Below are positions 15,833 to 23,494 of a stretch of DNA of 26,764 nt, piece after piece. Every line of letters starts with the position of its first letter. The stretch's first letter is position 1. Location: contig CAZFZG010000003.1 in assembly GCA_964523205.1 (NCBI GenBank), positions 10,719-37,482 of the forward strand, given 5' to 3'. The notes under the pieces are model-generated. The model saw nothing but the letters and a program-made list of their open reading frames with translations. It ran no database searches and was not told the DNA's origin. Origin of the DNA: an uncultured Chthoniobacteraceae bacterium. GTDB lineage: Bacteria > Verrucomicrobiota > Verrucomicrobiia > Chthoniobacterales > UBA10450. The translations under genes were made by a program, and so were the position numbers.

Positions 15833-15952
15833 GTTGACCAGTCGGTTTCCCGCCAAGACTGACAGTCGCTCCCTGCGGACTGCAATTTTCCCGAAGATGT
15901 CTGTCCAGCGATAGCGCGCGCAACGCCTCAAGTTGGCGCGCGTAGAAATCGC
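15833..15952. ncRNA. Structured intergenic segment, candidate small RNA or 3' UTR element (family unassigned)
   Basis: Twin CAGTC...GACTG hairpins closed by an outer stem, plus a long GC hairpin at 15908-15952. No Rfam-type consensus recognised. Confidence 0.3.
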
Positions 15953-16978
15953 TCATCCAGCGGATGGGCTCCAGAGCGCCCAAGCCAGCAAGTTGCCGGC
16001 ATCTCGCCAAACGCCGGAGTGACTGTCGCCGAGCACTACCACGATAATGTCCTTCCCTGGCCTAGATCCGCTCGCGATCAGACATTTGCCGGCGGCCTCG
16101 GTATAGCCGGTTTTCATACCGTTGCAGTAAGGCAATCGTTTCAGGAGCTTGTTTGTGTTTTCTAGTTCGCGAGTCCGGCCATTCGCGTAGCGGAACATGA
16201 GTTGTGGCAGACAAACGATCGAGCGAATCGTCGGGTTCGCGTAGGCCACGCGCGCAATCGCGGCGAGGTCCCGCGCGGTCGAATATTGCCGCGCATCCGG
16301 TAATCCATTCGGATTCACGAAATGCGAATGCGTCGCCCCGATGGCGGCCGAACGCTGATTCATTCTTATCGCAAATGCTTCGACGCTCCCGGCATTATCG
16401 CGGGCAAGACATCGGGCCACGTCGTTCGGGCTCTTGACCAGCAACGCCCGCAGCAGCTCGATTCGCTGATAAATTTCGCCCGGCTTGATATTCAATTTCA
16501 CCGGTTCCGCCAGGGTGTCGACCTGGGCCACGGTTACGGACCGGTCCAAATAACCGCTCTCTGCCACGATTAGCCCGGTCAAAAGTTTGGTCGTGCTTGC
16601 GGGTGCCCTGATTTGGTCCGGATTCTTTTCGTAAAGAACTTGGCCGCTCTGAACATCGATGACGATGACTGAGCTCGCCCCAATTCTTGGGACCGAACCC
16701 GGCACAGTCTGGGTCGGAATGGCCTCGTCATCGGCTTCGCGCGATTTCGCGATTCTGCGATGGGTTCGACGCGGCCGCGGCGTAGCGCTCGAATCCGCAT
16801 CTGAATCCGATTTTGTGGTCGCCACCGATTTCGAATGCTGCCGATGGGGCACGCCGGTCGGCCGAACTTCATTTGGATTTTCTTCGTCTGCTGGCGGCTC
16901 GAGAGCCAGACAAAGGCTGAAGAGACCCAGGGCGCACAAAGTCACCCCAGCGCGAAACCAGCGATTCATGGGCGGCAA
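15953..16978 (-). CDS. D-alanyl-D-alanine carboxypeptidase (peptidase S11, DacA-like)
   Basis: ASTTKL (SxxK), KSPND (SxN), HFVNPNGL, GMKTGYT. Signal peptide followed by a long charged linker. Start may be ATG 16969. Confidence 0.92.
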   Translation of the reverse strand: MPPMNRWFRAGVTLCALGLFSLCLALEPPADEENPNEVRPTGVPHRQHSKSVATTKSDSDADSSATPRPRRTHRRIAKSREADDEAIPTQTVPGSVPRIGASSVIVIDVQSGQVLYEKNPDQIRAPASTTKLLTGLIVAESGYLDRSVTVAQVDTLAEPVKLNIKPGEIYQRIELLRALLVKSPNDVARCLARDNAGSVEAFAIRMNQRSAAIGATHSHFVNPNGLPDARQYSTARDLAAIARVAYANPTIRSIVCLPQLMFRYANGRTRELENTNKLLKRLPYCNGMKTGYTEAAGKCLIASGSRPGKDIIVVVLGDSHSGVWRDAGNLLAWALWSPSAG

Positions 16979-17013
16979 ATTAGCGACAAAGATTCGATGC
17001 GCGCAAGCAGCGG

Positions 17014-17400
17014 CTATAAATCCGTTCCGCGCTGGATCAATTCGATTTCGTAACCTTCCGGCGCATCGATAAAGGCGATGACACTACCGCCGGAAGTTTT
17101 GTGGGGTCCATCCGAGAGTGGGTAACCTTTCCTCGCCGACTCGCTCGCGAATTTTTCCAGATCGTCCACTTCAAAGGCGAGGTGGGTCAGGTCTGGCCCA
17201 ACCATCACCGGCCCGCTTTCATCGAACTTACAAAGCTCGATTTCTTCTTCGCTTTGGGCCGCTTTCAGGAAAACCAGTTGCGAGCCACGCCCGGAGGTGT
17301 GCCTCCGCGTTTCCTGAAGCCCGAGTACGTCCTTATAAAAATTTACCGTCTTCTCCAGGTCCTTCACCCGGTAGCGCGTATGTAAGAGTTTCTTAACCAT
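17014..17400 (-). CDS. VOC-family protein, lactoylglutathione lyase (glyoxalase I)-like
   Basis: LLHTRYRVKDLEK...FY...LG, EIEL, HLAFEVDD, AFIDAPEGYEIELIQ (metal ligands H/E/H/E). Confidence 0.88.
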   Translation of the reverse strand: MVKKLLHTRYRVKDLEKTVNFYKDVLGLQETRRHTSGRGSQLVFLKAAQSEEEIELCKFDESGPVMVGPDLTHLAFEVDDLEKFASESARKGYPLSDGPHKTSGGSVIAFIDAPEGYEIELIQRGTDL

Positions 17401-17448
17401 CGTGTATCTTATTGCCCCGTTAACCGATTAAATTCAAACTCTTCGCCA

Positions 17449-18030
17449 ATGAAACTCGTTATCGCGGCCACCGGCGCCAGTGGCTCGATCTATTTGCAAC
17501 GATTGCTTGAGCAAATTGATCCGAGCGGGCACGAGATTCATCTGGTGATGAGCAGCCACGCCAAACAAGTCGCGAAACACGAACTCGGCAGTCTAAAGAT
17601 TCCGAAATCGATCATCCGACACACGGAGGACGATTTGAACGTTCCGTATGTTAGCGGCTCGGCACGGTTTGACGCGATGGTGATCGTTCCGTGCTCGATG
17701 GCTACAATTGGCCGCGTCGCAGCCGGCTCGAGCGACACTGCGCTTCTTCGCGCGGCCGATGTTTTCCTCAAAGAACGCCGCAAACTCGTCCTGGTTCCGC
17801 GCGAGACGCCATGGAATTTGATTCACGCGCGTAATGTCGTCACGCTCTTGGAAGCAGGCGCAGTTGTCCTCCCGGCGATTCCGTCCTTTTACAGTCGGCC
17901 GACTTCCCTTAACGATGTTGTCGACACCGTGATTTGGCGCGTTCTGGATCAAATCGGACTGCCAAGCTCGCGCACTTATCGTTGGGCCGACCAAACCGTG
18001 CGCCGCGGCGGCGCCCGCAAGAAGTCTTGA
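17449..18030 (+). CDS. ubiX: Flavin prenyltransferase UbiX
   Basis: ATGASG..Y, SGS...DAMVIVPCSM.T, RAADV.LKERRKLVLVPRETP, PAIPSFY.RP. Confidence 0.95.
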   Translation: MKLVIAATGASGSIYLQRLLEQIDPSGHEIHLVMSSHAKQVAKHELGSLKIPKSIIRHTEDDLNVPYVSGSARFDAMVIVPCSMATIGRVAAGSSDTALLRAADVFLKERRKLVLVPRETPWNLIHARNVVTLLEAGAVVLPAIPSFYSRPTSLNDVVDTVIWRVLDQIGLPSSRTYRWADQTVRRGGARKKS

Positions 18031-18671
18031 AGATCGAAGGCTGGAAAGCGCGATGGTTGATCGCGTTTGGATTTTATCTCTTGAAAGGGTTGGGGCGGAC
18101 CCTGCGTTACGAAATCGACGATCGCGCTGGCATTGTTGGAAAACCGGTCTCCGAAAATTATATCGGCGCGCTTTGGCATAATCGCTTGCTCATTTTCCCT
18201 GTCGTTCTCCGTCGCTTCTTTGCCGATCGCGGCGGTGCCGCCCTGATCAGCGCGAGTCGCGATGGCGATCTTCTCAGCGACGCAATCCATCGCTTCGACT
18301 ACAACGTGGTCCGTGGCTCGAGCTCAAAACTGGGCGCGAGCGCGTTGCTCCAACTCAGCGATATGCTCGGCGGTGGCTGCGATGTTGTCATCACCCCGGA
18401 TGGTCCACGCGGGCCCGCCTATGAAATTGGTCCCGGCATTATTTTTCTCGCGCAAAAAACCGGCGTGCGGGTGTTGCCGATCAACATGGAGTATTCGAGC
18501 TGCTGGCGGGTTAAAAGCTGGGACCGGTTCATCATTCCCCGGCCGTTCTCCAAAGTGCGGGTGATTGTTGGCGAACCTCAGAAGGTAAGCTCGACGTCTA
18601 CCCCTGAAGAATTCGAAGCCGAGCGGCTCCGTTTGCAGACCGCGATGATGTCGCTGGTTGAACGGCGCTAG
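18027..18671 (+). CDS. DUF374 lysophospholipid acyltransferase-family protein (LpxJ-like)
   Basis: ALWHNRL, LISASRDG, VRGSSS..G, TPDGPRGP, SWDRF.IP.PFS. TTG start overlaps the ubiX TGA. Confidence 0.85.
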   Translation: MKIEGWKARWLIAFGFYLLKGLGRTLRYEIDDRAGIVGKPVSENYIGALWHNRLLIFPVVLRRFFADRGGAALISASRDGDLLSDAIHRFDYNVVRGSSSKLGASALLQLSDMLGGGCDVVITPDGPRGPAYEIGPGIIFLAQKTGVRVLPINMEYSSCWRVKSWDRFIIPRPFSKVRVIVGEPQKVSSTSTPEEFEAERLRLQTAMMSLVERR

Positions 18672-18689
18672 CTCATCTAATTTCGTCGC

Positions 18690-19568
18690 ATGTCCAATCT
18701 GATCGACGGTCGCGCAATTTCCGAAAGGGTTTACGTCGATCTTCGGAAGCAGATCGCGGAGCTGAAATCCAAACGGATCACTCCTGGATTAGCGGTTGTT
18801 CTTGTCGGAGATGACCCAGCTTCGCGCGCTTATGTCCGCTCAAAGGACAAAATGAGCCGCGAACTTGGGCTGCACTCGGTCAAGCTCGAGCTCCCGGAAT
18901 CAACCAGCCAGGCCGAACTCCTCGGGCAGGTTGAACAATTGAATCGCGATCCGGCAATTCACGGCATTCTCGTTCAATCGCCACCCCCGAAACAGATCGA
19001 TGAGGCCGCCATCGTTCGAGCGCTCGATCCAAGCAAAGATGTGGATGGCTTTCATCCGCTCAACGTCGCGAAACTCGCGATGGGCGATCGCACTGGGTTT
19101 GTTCCCTGCACGCCGCTAGGCGTCCAGCGTTTGCTCATCGAAAGTAAGATCGATATCGCTGGCTCCCACGTCGTCGTGCTCGGTCGCAGCATGATTGTCG
19201 GAAAACCAGTCGCGCTTTTGTTGATGCAAAAGGCGGAAGGCGGCGATGCGACTGTGACGGTTGTCCATTCGCGCAGCAAAAATCTCGAAGCAATCACGCG
19301 CTCGGCCGACATTCTGATTGCCGCCATCGGTCGCGCGCACTTTGTGAAGGCCGATCACGTGCGTGAAGGCGCAGTCGTGATCGACGTTGGAATCAATCGC
19401 GTGGACGACGCGAGCAATCCACGCGGCTATCGGTTAGTCGGCGACGTCGCGTTCGATGAAGTGGTGCCGAAAACAAAGGCGATTACGCCCGTGCCTGGCG
19501 GGGTCGGTCCGATGACAATCGCCATGCTAATGTCGAATACGATCAAAGCGGCGCGGCAGTCGACCTGA
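18690..19568 (+). CDS. folD: Methylenetetrahydrofolate dehydrogenase/cyclohydrolase
   Basis: [49 protein letters not shown]. Confidence 0.98.
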   Translation: MSNLIDGRAISERVYVDLRKQIAELKSKRITPGLAVVLVGDDPASRAYVRSKDKMSRELGLHSVKLELPESTSQAELLGQVEQLNRDPAIHGILVQSPPPKQIDEAAIVRALDPSKDVDGFHPLNVAKLAMGDRTGFVPCTPLGVQRLLIESKIDIAGSHVVVLGRSMIVGKPVALLLMQKAEGGDATVTVVHSRSKNLEAITRSADILIAAIGRAHFVKADHVREGAVVIDVGINRVDDASNPRGYRLVGDVAFDEVVPKTKAITPVPGGVGPMTIAMLMSNTIKAARQST

Positions 19569-20637
19569 CGATTTTTCGGGTAGATGCACGCAGGATCGGC
19601 GCACTGATTAGTCTGGTGCCGAGGAGGGACGACGCCAAACGCGGATGCAAGACAGCTGCTCGCGCGAGTCGGTTGATCCATAACCGGCCGCGATACATTG
19701 CACGATGAGCGCGAGCAAACGCCTTTACTATCGATTTTTGATCTTCGCCGCGAACAATTCTAATGATCCCTTCCGCGGCCAACTCGCCTGAGCGCAGGGC
19801 ATAGTAAATTCCTTCGCCGGTGAACGGCTCGACCACTCGCGCGGCGTCTCCGATGAAAAACAAATTTTCGCGGTAAGGAGCGATGGGGGCACGGGTCAAA
19901 GGAGTGATAGTGCGCCAGAGTTGGTCGGCGGGGAGATTGAATTGCCGCTCGGCCCAGGCTCGAAGCGACGAAATCGTCGGCGCCGTTCCGACGAGGCAGA
20001 GGTTCAGCTCGCGATCGTTCACCGGCGCCTGACCGGAATAGCCTTCCGGCAAGAATTGCAATACGATTCGATTTCCGAAATCGTGCGGCAACGGAATGTG
20101 CCCCTGGAGCGCGATTCGCTCGCGCGCAAGTGGCGGGAGCAAATTGCAAAGGCGCGCGACGGTGGAATTGCGTCCATCAGCACCGACCAGAAGGCGAGCG
20201 AGCAAAGGTTCCCGAACGATGTCGATCTTCCAATCACGATCACGAGTTTGGTGGAGGGAAACCGCCGTAGCTTCCTCGTGAACGCGCGCGCCCAGTTCTC
20301 GCGCGCGGTTTAGCAAGATGTTGTCGAGATGACTACGCTTGATCGCAACCATGCCGCGTTCGTTTGGCGCAAAGTCGATCCGTAATTTTTGACCGCCGAT
20401 AGCCCTGAATTCTACGCCGTTGAGCGGGGCGGATGGCGAAGCCTGGATTTGTTGGGCAACTCCGATCCGTTCCAGGATCGGCCAGCACGACGGGTTGATG
20501 CAGTCACCGCAAACCTTTTCCCGCGGAAATTTTCCGCGCTCGATTAAAGCCACTCGCAATCGGGCAGCGGCGCACAACGCTGCGCAGGCCGATCCGGCCG
20601 GGCCGCCTCCGATGATCGCAACATCGACAATCTCCAT
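19543..20637 (-). CDS. NAD(P)/FAD-dependent oxidoreductase (geranylgeranyl-reductase-like)
   Basis: [34 protein letters not shown]...EPFTGEGI. Confidence 0.88.
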   Translation of the reverse strand: MEIVDVAIIGGGPAGSACAALCAAARLRVALIERGKFPREKVCGDCINPSCWPILERIGVAQQIQASPSAPLNGVEFRAIGGQKLRIDFAPNERGMVAIKRSHLDNILLNRARELGARVHEEATAVSLHQTRDRDWKIDIVREPLLARLLVGADGRNSTVARLCNLLPPLARERIALQGHIPLPHDFGNRIVLQFLPEGYSGQAPVNDRELNLCLVGTAPTISSLRAWAERQFNLPADQLWRTITPLTRAPIAPYRENLFFIGDAARVVEPFTGEGIYYALRSGELAAEGIIRIVRGEDQKSIVKAFARAHRAMYRGRLWINRLARAAVLHPRLASSLLGTRLISAPILRASTRKIVRSTAAPL

Positions 20638-20715
20638 GCACGACCAGTTTCAGTTGCGAAGGAAGCGTCTTCAACATTTCTGGCGCGCGATCACGAGAGG
20701 AACGAGATTGTTTCC

Positions 20716-21795
20716 ATGAGCTGGTCAATTCCCATCGCCCGGATCGCCGGCATTCAGCTACGCATTCACATCACCTTCCTATTGTTGATCGTTTGGGTCG
20801 CAACTGGTTCCGTAGGCGCCGCGATTTTTATTCTGCTCTTGTTCTTGTGTGTCGTGCTGCACGAATTCGGTCACGCGCTCGCAGCGAAAGCCTACGGCAT
20901 CAATACCCCGGATATCACATTGTTGCCGATCGGAGGAGTCGCGCGGCTCGAACGCATACCGGAAGAGCCAAAACAGGAGCTTGTAATTGCCGCGGCTGGA
21001 CCAGCGGTTACCGCGATCATTGCACTGTCGCTATTGGTAGTCATCGCTTCACGTGGCCAAAGCCAGCTCGGCCCTGCGATCCAAGGCGGCGATTTGCTAA
21101 TGAGTCTCTTTAAGATCAACGAGTATCTCCTTTTGTTTAATCTGATTCCCGCCTTTCCGATGGACGGAGGTCGGGTCTTGCGCGCGCTGCTTGCGACCCG
21201 TTTGAGTTACGCGCGCGCAACTCAGATCGCAGCAAATGTTGGCCAAGCCTTCGCGTTCATTTTTGGAATCGTTGGTCTATTCGGAATTCCAGGCTTCTAT
21301 TCGCCTAATCCATTTCTAATTTTCATCGCGTTTTTTGTTTACCTTGGCGCATCACAGGAAGCGGCTCTGGCGCAAATGCGCGATGTATCGCGCCGATTTC
21401 CAGTTTCGAGCGCGATGGTCCGCGAATTTCGTTCACTTTCGGAAAGCGCGACACTACAGGAAGCTATCGATGCCTTGCTGGCGACGTCGCAGCATGATTT
21501 TCCAGTGCTGGATGGATCCGGAAACGTCGTGGGCATTTTGACGCGACACGATTTGATCGCGGCGTTGCGCAAAGGCGATCCGGACATCCGGGTGGGCGAC
21601 GTGATGCGCCGCGGTTGCCCGACAGTCACGATCGGTACGCCCTTCGAAGACGCGTTTCGCATTATGCAGGAGTCCAATTGCCCGGCTTTGCCAGTGCTCG
21701 ACAGCATGAAGCGGCTGGTTGGTTTGCTTACGCCCGAAAACGTGAGCGAGCTGATGATGGTGCAGTCGGCGCTGCCGCGAAGGCACCCGGCTTGA
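20716..21795 (+). CDS. Site-2 protease (M50 zinc metalloprotease) with tandem CBS domains
   Basis: HEFGH, FNLIPAFPMDGGR (NxxPxxxxDG), and two C-terminal CBS repeats. Confidence 0.93.
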   Translation: MSWSIPIARIAGIQLRIHITFLLLIVWVATGSVGAAIFILLLFLCVVLHEFGHALAAKAYGINTPDITLLPIGGVARLERIPEEPKQELVIAAAGPAVTAIIALSLLVVIASRGQSQLGPAIQGGDLLMSLFKINEYLLLFNLIPAFPMDGGRVLRALLATRLSYARATQIAANVGQAFAFIFGIVGLFGIPGFYSPNPFLIFIAFFVYLGASQEAALAQMRDVSRRFPVSSAMVREFRSLSESATLQEAIDALLATSQHDFPVLDGSGNVVGILTRHDLIAALRKGDPDIRVGDVMRRGCPTVTIGTPFEDAFRIMQESNCPALPVLDSMKRLVGLLTPENVSELMMVQSALPRRHPA

Positions 21796-21798
21796 TGT

Positions 21799-21849
21799 TG
21801 TAGCCGCTTTGCCGTGCGAAGCGACGCCGCCCGCGACGCGGCTGCTACA
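21799..21849. repeat. Second, more degenerate GTAG-tagged REP-like doublet
   Basis: TGTAGC-CGCTTTGC CGT GCGAAGCG ... GCTACA. Shares TGTAGCCGC with 7947 and has terminal TGTAGC/GCTACA. Confidence 0.75.
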
Positions 21850-21851
21850 GA

Positions 21852-21880
21852 TTGTCGATCTTGCATGCAGTAGGTACATT
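21852..21880 (+). promoter_or_regulatory. Putative uvrC promoter
   Basis: TTGTCG, 17-bp spacer, TACATT, located 12 bp before ATG 21893. Confidence 0.45.
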
Positions 21881-21892
21881 CCGGTCGATTCA

Positions 21893-23494
21893 ATGGCCGT
21901 TTCACGCAAAGACAAACCGGATCTGCAGAAAAAGGTGCACGAAGTGCCGCACAAACCGGGTGTGTACTTGATGCGCGACCGATTCAATCGTGTCATCTAT
22001 GTCGGTAAAGCCCGCGATCTCCGAAAGCGGGTCAGTTCATATTTCTTGCCGTCGAAATTGGCCCAGGCTGATTTGAAAACCCGCGCCATGCTCGAGGCGA
22101 CCTGGGACTTCGAAACCCACGTCGTCCGGAGCGAGGCAGAATCGGTTTTGCTGGAGGGCAAGCTGATTAAAGAATACCGGCCGCGTTACAACATTTCCTT
22201 CCGCGACGACAAGCGATTCTTGCTGGTGAAAGTGGATTTATCAGAAGAATGGCCGCGCTTTCGACTGACGCGTCTTAAGAAGAACGACACCGCGCGGTAC
22301 TTTGGACCGTTTGCAGCGGCGGGCGCGCTGCGGCAAACGCTCAATCTGATGCGAAAGAAATTTGGCGTGCTCACCTTTGGTCGCGGGGCGCCGACTGAAC
22401 GCGAGCTCAAATCTTCAACCTACCAGGTGCCAGTGCGATTGAGTGAAATTACCGCCGAGCAATATCACGACCGTGTGATGCAGGCCTGCGAATTTTTGGA
22501 GGGGCAATCGCGCGAGATGATCGAGATGTTGGAAGCAGAGATGCGCAAGGCCGCGGGGAAAATGGATTTCGAGAAAGCCGCCGAACTGCGCAACATGGTT
22601 GACGACGTCCGGCAGACCACGAGATCAACCCGCCGTTTCACCCGCGGAAGTTTGCCGAGCGTGATTGACCCCTTGGCGGATGTGCAGGCGCTGGGTGACG
22701 CGTTGCAACTGCCGCGCCTGCCGCGAGTCATGGAGTGCTTCGATATCTCGAACATTTCCACAACCCACGTGGTTGCTTCTATGGTCTGTTTTCGCGACGG
22801 CGTGCCGGACAAGAATTGCTACCGGCGTTATCGAGTGCGGACCGTTGAAGGCCAGGACGACTTCGCGAGCATGGCCGAAGTGGTCAGGCGACGCTACTCG
22901 CGTGTTCTTCTGACAATTTCGGAAACCGGAATCCGGAATGCGGAACGCGAAGATGTCGATCTTTCACCGGCTCACTCGCAAGAGAACGCGTTCGACACCG
23001 CGCGACGACTGGAAAACTATCCGCAATCCGAGATCCGGAATCCGCATTTCGTGCCGGTTCGTCTGCCGGACTTAGTCATTGTCGATGGCGGCAAGGGACA
23101 ACTCTCGTCGGCTTGTCGTGAGTTACAGCGACTGGGGTTGCACGATTTGCCAATTATCGGTTTGGCGAAAGAGCATGAGGAGATTTATCGGCCGGGACAG
23201 GCGATGCCTTTCCAGTTGCCGCCGGATTCGGGCGCTCTCCATTTGCTTCAACGAATTCGCGATGAGGCGCACCGGTTCGCGAACGCCTATCATCAGTTGC
23301 TCCTCAAGAAACGGATCGACGAAAGTATCCTCGATGATTGTTTGGGCGTGAGCCAGAACCGGAAGAATTTGCTCCTGCGCAAATTTGGTTCGGTCAATCG
23401 ATTGCGGAAAGCGAGCGTCGAGCAAATCGCAGCGACTGAAGGAATCGGTCCGAAGCTCGCCGAGGAAGTGCATCGCTTTCTCCAGAGCCATTGA
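21893..23494 (+). CDS. uvrC: Excinuclease ABC subunit C
   Basis: GIY-YIG (PGVYLM...IYVGKA..LRKRVSSYF), UVR domain, ECFDIS, DGGKGQL, RIRDEAHRFA and C-terminal HhH. The GTG 21809 extension reads through the REP and was rejected. Confidence 0.97.
   Translation: MAVSRKDKPDLQKKVHEVPHKPGVYLMRDRFNRVIYVGKARDLRKRVSSYFLPSKLAQADLKTRAMLEATWDFETHVVRSEAESVLLEGKLIKEYRPRYNISFRDDKRFLLVKVDLSEEWPRFRLTRLKKNDTARYFGPFAAAGALRQTLNLMRKKFGVLTFGRGAPTERELKSSTYQVPVRLSEITAEQYHDRVMQACEFLEGQSREMIEMLEAEMRKAAGKMDFEKAAELRNMVDDVRQTTRSTRRFTRGSLPSVIDPLADVQALGDALQLPRLPRVMECFDISNISTTHVVASMVCFRDGVPDKNCYRRYRVRTVEGQDDFASMAEVVRRRYSRVLLTISETGIRNAEREDVDLSPAHSQENAFDTARRLENYPQSEIRNPHFVPVRLPDLVIVDGGKGQLSSACRELQRLGLHDLPIIGLAKEHEEIYRPGQAMPFQLPPDSGALHLLQRIRDEAHRFANAYHQLLLKKRIDESILDDCLGVSQNRKNLLLRKFGSVNRLRKASVEQIAATEGIGPKLAEEVHRFLQSH
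22916..23050. repeat. Inverted pair of heptamer arrays in frame inside uvrC
   Basis: Left arm ATTTCGG AAACCGG AATCCGG AATGCGG AACGCGA. Right arm ATCCGCA ATCCGAG ATCCGGA ATCCGCA TTTC. 68-bp centre. Confidence 0.8.

Noticed and set aside
15860-15900. Resemblance of the structured segment to a cobalamin riboswitch (GGGAA...TCC...GCGACTGT) or to SRP RNA helix 8
   Set aside because: It lacks the GGTG, T-loop and CCCC elements of the riboswitch and has no downstream gene on that strand. It also lacks the CAGG/AGCA loop and GNRA tetraloop of SRP.
19623-19633. GGAGGGACGAC, matching the end of the 5026-5086 REP
   Set aside because: Isolated 11-mer inside a CDS with no hairpin partner; chance is plausible.
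21796-21892. Search for the Verrucomicrobia LexA box (TGTTC-N4-GAACA) upstream of uvrC, the OGG gene and dnaA
   Set aside because: No match found by eye. Half-sites at 6870, 8780 and 26506 lack a correctly spaced partner.
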